Under the pieces are notes generated by a model. That model saw nothing but the letters and a program-made list of their open reading frames with translations. It was not told the DNA's origin and made no database searches. A stretch of 64,000 nt of DNA from contig PWTL01000087.1 of NCBI GenBank assembly GCA_003562845.1, positions 1,216-65,215 on the forward strand, given 5' to 3'. The translations under genes and the position numbers were made by a program. This DNA comes from Candidatus Acetothermia bacterium (lineage in GTDB: Bacteria > Bipolaricaulota > Bipolaricaulia > Bipolaricaulales > Bipolaricaulaceae). Every line of letters starts with the position of its first letter. The first letter of the stretch is position 1. This document shows, piece after piece, positions 17,244 to 25,537 of this stretch.

Positions 17244-18123
17244 GGTGCGCGAAGGTGGTTGTGAACCAATTTTGCTGTACATTTCCTCAGCGCCCGGGGG
17301 GACGTCGTCCGTGGGGTCGCGAGATCGGTACCAAAACAGCTCCCTGGCCAAGGCCCTGTGTCTGCTGGACCTTTTCGACGCCGAGCAAGAGGAGCTCTCT
17401 CTGACCGAGATGGCGGAGGCCCTTGACACCCGCGCTGGCACTATTTACCCCATAGTAACTACTCTGCATCGTTATGGATACTTGCAGCGTGATTCGCATA
17501 CAAAGCGCTACCGTCTTGGGCTGCGGCTCCTCGCCCAGGCGGGCCGCATTCTGGCCAGCCTGGACATCCGAGAGCAAGCGAAGCCGGTGTTGAAGAAGTT
17601 GGCGAGAGAGCTCTCCGCAAACACTCATCTGGGCGTGCTGTATGACTGCGAGGTGTTGTACCTCGATCGGGAGGAGGCCACGCCGGGTGTTGTCCTCTCC
17701 TCTCCCGTAGGCAGCCGCGTGCCTGCGCACTGCACCGCGTTGGGGAAGGTGTTCCTCGCCCACGACGGAGACGCAGCCGCCCGAGTGTGCGCGGCGGGAG
17801 AGCTTCCCGCTGTAACCGTCTACACTATTACCGACCCCCAAGAGCTGCAAAACCAGCTGGGCGAGGTGCGCAAGCGGGGCTACGCTGTGGACATGGAGGA
17901 GTTTCATGAGGGAAACGTGTGTGTGGGCGCTCCTATCCGCAACCACGAGGGGCTCGTGGGGGGCGGGATCTCTATATCGGTGGGAAAAGCGCGCTTGGAG
18001 CGCGATCCGCTCAGCGCATTTGTAGATGGGGTGGTAGAAGGAGCGGCTGAGGTGTCGGAGGCGATGGGGTATAGTTGGCGGTCCAAGGAGGGGAAAGCTC
18101 ATGGCGGAGGTAAAGCTACGTGA
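17236..18123 (+). CDS. IclR-family transcriptional regulator
   Basis: wHTH LSLTEMAEALDTRAGTIYPIVTTLHRYGYLQRD plus an IclR effector domain (PAHCTALGKVFLA, RGYAVDMEEFHEGNVCVGAPI). The start is uncertain: GTG at 17236 or GTG at 17311. Confidence 0.8.
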   Translation: MGEVREGGCEPILLYISSAPGGTSSVGSRDRYQNSSLAKALCLLDLFDAEQEELSLTEMAEALDTRAGTIYPIVTTLHRYGYLQRDSHTKRYRLGLRLLAQAGRILASLDIREQAKPVLKKLARELSANTHLGVLYDCEVLYLDREEATPGVVLSSPVGSRVPAHCTALGKVFLAHDGDAAARVCAAGELPAVTVYTITDPQELQNQLGEVRKRGYAVDMEEFHEGNVCVGAPIRNHEGLVGGGISISVGKARLERDPLSAFVDGVVEGAAEVSEAMGYSWRSKEGKAHGGGKAT

Positions 18124-19204
18124 GGTGAGCAAGCTGTTCGGGAGCTTCACGGCGGTGAACGACGTGACCCTGGAGGCCGAGGACGGGGAGTTTGTGGTTC
18201 TGGTGGGTCCATCGGGCTGTGGGAAGACGACCACTCTGCGCATGGTGGCCGGGCTGGAGGACATCACCACGGGCGACATCTATATTGGTGAGCGCCTGGT
18301 CAACGATGTCCCGCCTAAGGACCGGGATATCGCCATGGTGTTCCAGAACTACGCTCTCTACCCGCACATGGATGTATACAACAACATGGCCTTCGGCCTG
18401 AAGCTACGGAAGATTGCCAAAAAGGAGATCGAGCGTCGTGTGCGCGAGGCGGCGGAACTCCTGGGGATTCAAGATAAGCTTCGCTCCAAACCTCGCGAGC
18501 TCTCCGGAGGCCAGCGGCAGCGCGTCGCCCTAGGCAGAGCGATCGTGCGTGATCCAAAGGTGTTCTTGTTCGATGAGCCCCTCTCCAACCTGGACGCCAA
18601 GCTACGAGTGCGAATGCGTGCGGAGCTTTCCGAGCTGCACGACAGGCTGAAGACGACCACGGTGTACGTGACCCACGACCAAACCGAGGCCATGACCTTG
18701 GGACACCGTGTGGCAGTGATGAAGGACGGCCTGGTCCAGCAATATGAAGCGCCGCAGACTATCTACGACCATCCGGCGAACATGTTCGTCGCTGGGTTCA
18801 TCGGTTCCCCGGCGATGAACTTCCTGGATGCCCGGGTGGAGGAAGAGAATGGCCAGCTGTACGTCAAGGGCAAGGGCTTCAAGCTGGCCATCGCCGCGGA
18901 CAAAGCTACGGACGAGGTCAAGGCCTATGCGGGCAAGGAAGTCGTCATGGGAATCCGTCCTGAGGACGTCCGGACCCCGGAGATGATGCACCAGCCCCGG
19001 GAGGAGATGCAGTTCCCGGCACGGGTCCGAGTGCGGGAGCCGTTGGGTGACGAGCAGATTGTGTATGCGGACTGCGCGGGCGACGATGTGGTGGCCAAGC
19101 TGGACCCGCACCTGCCGATCGAGCATGGCCAGGACATCACGTTGGAGGCCGTAACCGAACGTATGCACCTGTTCGATAAGGAGACGGAAAAGGCCATCGT
19201 TTGA
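18101..19204 (+). CDS. Sugar ABC transporter ATP-binding protein (MalK/UgpC/MsmX-like), orphan
   Basis: GPSGCGKTT, LSGGQRQRVALGRA, FLFDEPLSNLDA and a C-terminal MalK-type regulatory domain. No permease or binding-protein genes are adjacent. Confidence 0.88.
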   Translation: MAEVKLREVSKLFGSFTAVNDVTLEAEDGEFVVLVGPSGCGKTTTLRMVAGLEDITTGDIYIGERLVNDVPPKDRDIAMVFQNYALYPHMDVYNNMAFGLKLRKIAKKEIERRVREAAELLGIQDKLRSKPRELSGGQRQRVALGRAIVRDPKVFLFDEPLSNLDAKLRVRMRAELSELHDRLKTTTVYVTHDQTEAMTLGHRVAVMKDGLVQQYEAPQTIYDHPANMFVAGFIGSPAMNFLDARVEEENGQLYVKGKGFKLAIAADKATDEVKAYAGKEVVMGIRPEDVRTPEMMHQPREEMQFPARVRVREPLGDEQIVYADCAGDDVVAKLDPHLPIEHGQDITLEAVTERMHLFDKETEKAIV

Positions 19205-19326
19205 CGCTGCAAGGAGTGACTTCCGTGTTGCCCCGACACTCCGGCAGAGCCGCAGCCAGTTTGTTGTCTGTGCGGGAATGGCGACGCGGGCAGGCGTGTG
19301 ATCACTGAAAGCGAGCGCAAGCCTAC

Positions 19327-20094
19327 ATGATTCTAGGTTTTGCGGCTGTAGGAATTGGCTTTGCCGCCAGCATGCTGGGTGTGGGCGGGGGGATCTTCAT
19401 GGTGCCCATTTTGTCCATCTTCTTCGTCTCGGCCACTCAAGTGGCGGTGGGAACAAGTCTTGCGGCCATTGTCCTGAACAGTATCTCAAGCACCATTGGG
19501 TATGGCCGTCAACGGGTGGTCGATTTCCGGCTTGGGTTAATGCTTATACCGGCTGCGATCGCCGGTTCGTGGGTGGGAGCGTTTCTGACGGAGTTCATCT
19601 CCAGCGAGGCATTGGCAGTGGCGTTCGCTGTACTGCTTGTGTTCGTGGCTGCGCTGATGCTGCTGGGGAAATCTCCCAAGGAGCTGGCGAAACGCTTCCA
19701 GCAGGAGACTCCCGAAGGACGAAGAGTGTATCGTCCTGTGCCCGTGGTGATTGTCGGGTTGGTTGCCGGAGTAGCCTCCGGTTTTTTCGGCATCGGAGGG
19801 GGTATTGTGATGGTACCCGCCATCACCCTGCTGCTGGGGGCGAGCATCATCACCGCTGTGGCCACGAGCTTGTTCGTCATGGGACCGGCTGCCCTCATCG
19901 GAATGGCGCAGCACGCCTTTCAGGGAAACCTCCGCACAGATCTCGCGCTCCCGCTGGCCATAGGAATAGTCGTGGGGGCGCAACTCGGAAGTCACGTTGC
20001 AACGCGCATTCCGCAGGGCATGCTCCGACGCCTGTTCGGGGCGGTTATGCTCTACGGGGCGTTCAACATGGTCTGGAACGCGGTCAGTGGGTGA
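19327..20094 (+). CDS. TauE/SafE (DUF81) family anion exporter membrane protein
   Basis: 255-aa polytopic protein with duplicated halves, each carrying GVGGGIFMVPIL or GIGGGIVMVPAI. Confidence 0.75.
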   Translation: MILGFAAVGIGFAASMLGVGGGIFMVPILSIFFVSATQVAVGTSLAAIVLNSISSTIGYGRQRVVDFRLGLMLIPAAIAGSWVGAFLTEFISSEALAVAFAVLLVFVAALMLLGKSPKELAKRFQQETPEGRRVYRPVPVVIVGLVAGVASGFFGIGGGIVMVPAITLLLGASIITAVATSLFVMGPAALIGMAQHAFQGNLRTDLALPLAIGIVVGAQLGSHVATRIPQGMLRRLFGAVMLYGAFNMVWNAVSG

Positions 20095-20174
20095 GCGATA
20101 GCCCTTTTGTGCCCTATCCACCTTAGTTCACAGTTGCCCACAGGAGGACAGAAGGTAGTCTGTGCAAGGAGCGG

Positions 20175-20203
20175 TTGGCGCCTACTTGGGGGCCGGCTAT
20201 AAT
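20175..20203 (+). promoter_or_regulatory. Sigma-70-like promoter candidate (TTGGCG-N17-TATAAT)
   Basis: TTGGCG at 20175-20180, a 17-nt spacer, and TATAAT at 20198-20203, upstream of the kdgK remnant. Pattern match only. Confidence 0.3.
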
Positions 20204-20276
20204 ACAGCTGTCAGCTGAGAGGTTATCTTATTTATGAGACCCTTTAGTGTGGCTGGTCATGTCTCTTGTACGGTAA

Positions 20277-20955
20277 CACACGAACCGCATCGCTTGTGTC
20301 GAAGACTGCAGGATAGGCATCTACTTCGTGGAGTTTGGTGCCAACCCCCGCCCTAACTCTGTCCTCTATGACCGTGCGGGTTCGACAATGGCTTGCATCC
20401 AACCTGGCCAGGTGCACTGGCCGAAGGTGTTCCAAGGCGCGGCAAGCCGAGCGCACCGTGTTAGTAGACCTGAACTACCGAGCTCGGCTGTGGAGCCGGG
20501 AGGAAGCGTAAGAGGTGATGACGGAGCTCATGGAGGTTACAGATGTGCTGATCACCACTGAGGAGGATACGGAGCGGGTATTTGGGATCACAGCCCCCGG
20601 CTATGAGGACGTAGCTCGGCGGCTGGCAGAGGAGTACGACCTCCAGGCGGTAGCCATCACGCTGCGCGAGACGCCGAGCGTGTGGCGCAATCGGTGGAGT
20701 GCCATGGTGTACGCCCGTGGCGAAGTTGTGCATGGTCCCGCGTTTGACATCGAGATTGTGGACCGGGTGGGCGCGGGCGATGCATTTGCGGGGGGCTTCC
20801 TCTACGGGTGGCTCACGGACGGGCCCGAGGCGGGTGTACGCTACGGCGTGGCGATCTCCGCGCTCAAGCAGACCAATCCCGGCGACTTGTGTTGGGCGAC
20901 AAAGGAAGAGTGCGACCGCCTTCTTGCGGGCGGAGACATGCGCATCCAGCGCTGA
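20277..20955 (+). pseudogene. kdgK: 2-keto-3-deoxygluconate kinase (PfkB family) pseudogene
   Basis: Three pieces of a PfkB kinase remain. RIGIYFVEFGANPRPNSVLYDRAGS...VFQGA is in the frame whose codons start at positions divisible by 3 (from 20310). VLVDLNYRARLWSREEA is in the +1 frame (20458-20508) and is stopped by TAA at 20509-20511. The C-terminal half follows (20515-20955, with VDRVGAGDAFAGGFLYG). The N-terminal ~90 aa and ~35-40 aa between pieces 1 and 2 are absent. Confidence 0.65.
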
Positions 20956-21011
20956 ACGACTATCTCCAGAACGCCTTGCCAAGCCTACCGTTACGTGTGT
21001 AGTCTAGTAGT

Positions 21012-21233
21012 GTGGAACGGAGCCGGGACTGGATGGACCAAGCTAAGGGGGACCTCGCCCACGCCGAGAGTGACGCCTACATCCCGACCCTTTATCCCGA
21101 CGCTCACCCCTCAGGCTCGCCGCGCACGAGGTACAGGCCTGGCGAGGCTAGGAGGTTGATCGGGCATGCCGGGAAGATCATCATATTCTGTCAAGGTATC
21201 CTATCCGAGACTCAGCCGGACGCAGGTGGTTGA
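21012..21233 (+). pseudogene. HEPN-domain remnant (central part deleted)
   Basis: This 73-aa ORF joins a HEPN N-terminal helix (SRDWMDQAKGDLAHAE) directly to the C-terminal block (YIPTLYPDAHPSGSP...GEARRLIGHAGKII). Compared with the intact HEPN at 3519-3896, about 60 central residues are missing. Confidence 0.4.
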
Positions 21234-21528
21234 GCACCTGCAGCAGAAACTGGACGAGTTGACAGCAGCATTGCCGTTGGAGAGGGTGGTCTTGTTCGGT
21301 TCCTACGCCCGCGGCAACTACACTGTGGGGTCCGATATCGATCTTCTCGTGGTGTGTAAGGAAGAAACCTTGCAGGATCCCTACAAGCTAGTACGCCGAA
21401 TCGTGGCTCTGCGGGGCCTCGAGGTTCATGTATACACCTCTCAGGACTACGAAGCTCTCCGGCCAACGCTGGACCGGATGACCAGTGACGCGATAGTGAT
21501 CTTCCCCAGCAGCGCGAGGCGAACCTAA
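21166..21528 (+). CDS. Minimal nucleotidyltransferase (MNT-type)
   Basis: VVLFGSYARGNYTVGSDIDLLVV motif; 120 aa. It overlaps the HEPN remnant by 68 nt, so the start is uncertain. Confidence 0.7.
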   Translation: MPGRSSYSVKVSYPRLSRTQVVEHLQQKLDELTAALPLERVVLFGSYARGNYTVGSDIDLLVVCKEETLQDPYKLVRRIVALRGLEVHVYTSQDYEALRPTLDRMTSDAIVIFPSSARRT

Positions 21529-21586
21529 CCGGGCGCAGTCCTCTGACTGACGGCGGTCATGGGGAGGTGCTGCTGGGCCGGGTAGA

Positions 21587-22150
21587 TTGTCCGGTACCAT
21601 GCGACACGAGATCCGCTTTGCGGGATTCGGCGGCCAAGGGATTGTTTCTGCGGGTAGGATCACCGGTAACGCTGCTGTCATCCACGACGGCAAGCACGCG
21701 GTGTTGACCCAAAACTACGGACCGGAGGCCCGAGGCGGCGCTTGCGCTGCCGAGGTTGTAGTCTCCGAGGAGCCGGTCGACTATCCCCACATAACTCAGC
21801 CTGAGGCGCTGGTGATTATGTCTCAGGAGGCGTACGAGAAGTTCTCCTCACGGCTGCGAGAGGGCGGGATTCTCCTTCTGGACGAGGACCTCGTTGAGCA
21901 CCGGGAGCAACCCAATGTCAAGTTGGTCAAGGTTCCGGCCACTCGTATTGCCGAGTCCTTGGGCCGGAAGATTGTGGCCAACGTGGTCATGTTGGGCGCG
22001 CTGGCGGCGGTGTGGCCGGGAGTGTCCCGGGACGCTTTGCTCAACGCGGTATTGGGCTCGGTCCCCCCGCACACCAAGGACCTGAACAAGCGTGCATTCG
22101 ATGCTGGATACGAGCACGTTTCCCAGGAGGCCGTGCATGGCGCAGCCTAG
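21587..22150 (+). CDS. korC: 2-oxoacid:ferredoxin oxidoreductase gamma subunit
   Basis: IRFAGFGGQGIVSAGRI...LTQNYGPEARGG, the pattern typical of OFOR gamma subunits. 187 aa; ATG at 21599 is also possible. Its end overlaps the hdrA start by 14 nt. Confidence 0.8.
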   Translation: MSGTMRHEIRFAGFGGQGIVSAGRITGNAAVIHDGKHAVLTQNYGPEARGGACAAEVVVSEEPVDYPHITQPEALVIMSQEAYEKFSSRLREGGILLLDEDLVEHREQPNVKLVKVPATRIAESLGRKIVANVVMLGALAAVWPGVSRDALLNAVLGSVPPHTKDLNKRAFDAGYEHVSQEAVHGAA

Positions 22151-24110
22151 AATCGGCGTCTTTGTCTGCCACTGCGGGCGCAACATCGCCGGGACAGTGG
22201 ACGTGGAGGGGGTGACCGAGGAAGCATCCCGTATCCCGGGAGTGGTGCTCTCCACACATTATGATTACATGTGCTCCGACCCTGGGCAGGAGATGGTGGC
22301 TCGGGCTATCCGCGAGCACCGCCTGAACGGGGTTGTCGTGGCGGCCTGTTCACCGGGGATGCACGAGGAGACGTTCCGTCACGCGGCCCAAGCGGCAGGG
22401 CTCAACCCGTATCTGGTGGAGATGGCCAACATCCGGGAGCAGTGCTCCTGGGTGCACCGGGGGGCGGCGGCCACGGAAAAGGCGAGCCGCATCCTGGCCA
22501 CGGTGGTGGAGAAGGTTAGAGGGAATCTCCCCTTGGAGCCGTCCACGATGGGGCACTCCACGAAGTGCTTGGTCATCGGAGGGGGGGTAGCAGGAATTCA
22601 GGCCGCGCTGGACGTGGCCAACGCGGGGTACGAAGTGCTGCTTGTGGAGCGCTCCCCTTCCATAGGGGGGCGCATGGCCCAGCTTTCGGAGACGTTCCCC
22701 ACACTGGACTGCTCTCAGTGCATTCTCACCCCGAAGATGGTCGAGGTGGACCGGCACCCGAACATCAGGGTTCTTGCCAACTCGAAAATTGAAGAAGTGT
22801 CAGGGTTCGTTGGCAACTGGGACGTAAGAATCCGCAAGGGGGCCACCTATGTGGATCCGGACAAGTGCAACCTGTGTGGGGACTGCGTGGAGGCTTGTCC
22901 CGTACGGGTTCCTCATGAGTTCGAGGAAGGGTTGACGGAGAGAGCGGGCATCTACATCCCCTTCCCTCAGGCCATCCCGTCTTCTTATACGTTGGATGTG
23001 CAGTCGTGTTTAGGGTTGAAGCCCCTGCGGTGCAGTGAATGCGCTAAAGCGTGCGAGGCCGGTGCGATCAACTACGACATGCAGGACGAGCTTCTCGAGG
23101 AAGAGGTGGGAGCCATAGTTGTGGCCACCGGTTACGAGACACTGCCCAAGGCAGCTATGGCCGAGTACGGCTACGGTGAGATAGCAGACGTGATCTCCGG
23201 CCTGGAGTACGAACGGATGGCCAGCGCTTCCGGGCCCACGCAGGGAGAGATCCGCTGCCCTTCGGACGGTCGGGTCCCCAAGGAAGTTGTGTTCATCCAG
23301 TGCTCCGGCTCGCGGGACCCGGAGCTGTATAAGCCTTACTGCTCGAAGATCTGCTGCATGTACACGGCCAAACATGCGCTTCTCTACCGCCACTCAGTTC
23401 CTGACGGCCAGGCATACGTCTTCTACATCGACATCCGCGCTGGGGGGAAGGGCTACGAGGAGTTCGTGCAGAGGGTGATGGAGGAGGAGCGGATCCTCTA
23501 CCTCCGGGGCAAGGTGGCCAAGGTGTTCCAGGACGGAGACAAGGTAATGGTGTGGGGTGCGGACACCCTCACCGGGCGCCGGGTGGAGGTGGCAGCCGAT
23601 CTGGTAGTCTTGGCGCAAGCGGTCGTCCCCTCGCAGGGCGTGGTCGATCTGGCGAGAAAGCTGCGCGTGTCCGTCGACGAGCACGGGTTCCTCAAGGAGG
23701 CGCACCCCAAGCTACGGCCACTGGAGGCGCTGGCGGCAGGAGTGTTCCTGGCCGGAGCGGCCCAGGGCCCCAAGGACATCCCTGAGGCAGTGGGCCAAGG
23801 GTCGGGCGCTGCGGCCAAGGCTCTCATGCTGCTCAGTTCTCCTGAACTCGTTCACTCCCCGGAGATAGCGGAGGTGGCCGAACACCTGTGCTCGGCCTGC
23901 GGGATCTGCGCTCCGCAGTGCCCGTACGAAGCGATAACCGTTGAAGACACCGCTGTAGTGAACGAAATGCTGTGCGAGGGATGCGGGACGTGCGTTGCCG
24001 CCTGTCCCAGCGGAGCGATGAACCTGCGAAACCTGGCCGACAGCCAGGTTCTGGCCATGCTGCACGCGGCCCTGAAGGAGCACGAGGAAGCGGAGGTGCT
24101 CGGTGGCTGA
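22137..24110 (+). CDS. hdrA: Heterodisulfide reductase subunit A-like FAD/FeS flavoprotein
   Basis: ATG at 22137 lies 6 nt after AGGAGG. N-terminal Cys domain (VFVCHCGRNIAG...CSPG), FAD fold CLVIGGGVAGIQAALD, an inserted ferredoxin motif (CNLCGDCVEACP) and a C-terminal ferredoxin motif (CSACGICAPQCP, CEGCGTCVAACP). 657 aa. Confidence 0.88.
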   Translation: MAQPRIGVFVCHCGRNIAGTVDVEGVTEEASRIPGVVLSTHYDYMCSDPGQEMVARAIREHRLNGVVVAACSPGMHEETFRHAAQAAGLNPYLVEMANIREQCSWVHRGAAATEKASRILATVVEKVRGNLPLEPSTMGHSTKCLVIGGGVAGIQAALDVANAGYEVLLVERSPSIGGRMAQLSETFPTLDCSQCILTPKMVEVDRHPNIRVLANSKIEEVSGFVGNWDVRIRKGATYVDPDKCNLCGDCVEACPVRVPHEFEEGLTERAGIYIPFPQAIPSSYTLDVQSCLGLKPLRCSECAKACEAGAINYDMQDELLEEEVGAIVVATGYETLPKAAMAEYGYGEIADVISGLEYERMASASGPTQGEIRCPSDGRVPKEVVFIQCSGSRDPELYKPYCSKICCMYTAKHALLYRHSVPDGQAYVFYIDIRAGGKGYEEFVQRVMEEERILYLRGKVAKVFQDGDKVMVWGADTLTGRRVEVAADLVVLAQAVVPSQGVVDLARKLRVSVDEHGFLKEAHPKLRPLEALAAGVFLAGAAQGPKDIPEAVGQGSGAAAKALMLLSSPELVHSPEIAEVAEHLCSACGICAPQCPYEAITVEDTAVVNEMLCEGCGTCVAACPSGAMNLRNLADSQVLAMLHAALKEHEEAEVLGG

Positions 24111-24591
24111 GCTGAAGCACGAGCCGAAGATAGCAGCTTTTCTGTGCAGATGGTGTGCCTATGCCGGGGCGGACCTGGCGGGGACGAACCGCCTGGCCTA
24201 CCCCCCGAACATGATCCCCATTCGCGTGCCCTGCTCGGGCCGGGTGGAGCCGGCGTGGGTGATTGAAGCGCTTCGGTCGGGCGCTGATGGTGTGCTCATT
24301 GGAGGATGCCATCCGGGAGACTGCCACTACGTGTCCGGAAACTACAAGGCTCGTCGCAGGGTGGAGCTGTTGCGCGATGTGCTCGCTGGGCTCGGGGTGA
24401 ATCCGGCAAGGGTGAAGCTGGTGTGGGTATCGGCCTCCGAAGGGGTTCGCTTTGCCCAGGTGGTGCGTGACTACGTCGAGGAAATCCGTGGGTTGGGACC
24501 TAACCGGGGGGAATTCGGGGTCCCGGAAGAGGTAGACGACCGAGCAGGGCGCATTGCCCAGGCTGTGGAACAGGCGGTGAACCATGGCTAA
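24103..24591 (+). CDS. mvhD: Methyl-viologen-reducing hydrogenase delta subunit (MvhD)
   Basis: KIAAFLCRWCAYAGADLAG...IRVPCSGRV...GCHPGDCHY. GTG start overlaps the hdrA stop by 8 nt. Confidence 0.85.
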   Translation: MAELKHEPKIAAFLCRWCAYAGADLAGTNRLAYPPNMIPIRVPCSGRVEPAWVIEALRSGADGVLIGGCHPGDCHYVSGNYKARRRVELLRDVLAGLGVNPARVKLVWVSASEGVRFAQVVRDYVEEIRGLGPNRGEFGVPEEVDDRAGRIAQAVEQAVNHG

Positions 24592-25537
24592 GCCGAAGAT
24601 CGCCATGTACTGGACCGGAGGCTGCGGTGGGTGTGACGTTTCTCCGCTGGAGGTAGGGGAGGCAATCGTGGACGTCCTGTCTCAGGTGGAGATAGCTTTC
24701 TGGCCCGCGCTCATGGACGCCAAACGCGCTGACGTGGAGGCGCTGCCCGCCGGAGGCATCGACGTGGCGCTGATCAACGGTGCCCTGCGCACTGAAGATA
24801 ACGTGGAGATGGTCCGCCTTCTCCGGGAGAAGTCCAAGCTGGTGGTGGCTTACGGGGCCTGTGCGCACTTGGGGGGGATCATCGGGCTGGGCAATCTGCA
24901 CTCCGCGCAGTCGCTCGTGTCCACAGCGCTGGGTCCAGGCTGGCACGCGGGATCCCCTTCTTTCAGCGCGAACGGGGATGCACCACCACCCCTGACTGCT
25001 GGAGTAGTGCCCCTAGCGGACGTCATTGCTGTGGACTACGTGGTGCCCGGGTGCCCTCCGCCCGCCCAGCTGATCGGCCTCTTCTTCCAGACGCTTCTGG
25101 GAGGGGAGATGCCGAGCCCTGGCCATGTGTTTGCTGAGGAGAAGGCGCTCTGTGATCAGTGCCCGCGGGAGAAGGAAGATCGGCGCTTGGAGAAGTTCGT
25201 GCGCCCGCACGAGATGGAACCCGATCCCGACAGGTGCCTTCTGGACCAAGGGATAGTGTGCATGGGGCCGGTGACCAGGGGCGGGTGCGAGGCCGCTTGT
25301 CCCGCTTTGGGCATGCCCTGCACCGGCTGTGTTGGTCCGACCCGTAAGGCGGGGGACCTGGCTGGGGGCATGATCTCCGCATTGGCTTCTCTGGTCCGGG
25401 CCGGAGATGAAGGAGAGGACGCGTTCGCGCGAGAGGACGAGGTACTCGCCGGGCTAGTCGATCCGGTGGGGACCTTGTACAAGTACGCTCTGGCCACGAC
25501 TTGGAAGCGGCGCGAGACGGGAGGAGAAGACGCATGA
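24584..25537 (+). CDS. mvhG: [NiFe] hydrogenase small subunit (Mvh/group 3-like)
   Basis: N-terminus KIAMYWTGGCGGCDVS, then GACAHLGG and distal Cys clusters (CDQC, GCEAACP, CTGC). No Tat signal, so cytoplasmic. Overlaps mvhD by 8 nt. Confidence 0.85.
   Translation: MAKPKIAMYWTGGCGGCDVSPLEVGEAIVDVLSQVEIAFWPALMDAKRADVEALPAGGIDVALINGALRTEDNVEMVRLLREKSKLVVAYGACAHLGGIIGLGNLHSAQSLVSTALGPGWHAGSPSFSANGDAPPPLTAGVVPLADVIAVDYVVPGCPPPAQLIGLFFQTLLGGEMPSPGHVFAEEKALCDQCPREKEDRRLEKFVRPHEMEPDPDRCLLDQGIVCMGPVTRGGCEAACPALGMPCTGCVGPTRKAGDLAGGMISALASLVRAGDEGEDAFAREDEVLAGLVDPVGTLYKYALATTWKRRETGGEDA

Noticed and set aside
20515-20955. Stand-alone 146-aa functional gene.
   Set aside because: It is the C-terminal half of a PfkB kinase. 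The upstream pieces lie in other frames and are interrupted by a TAA, so it is treated as part of the kdgK pseudogene.
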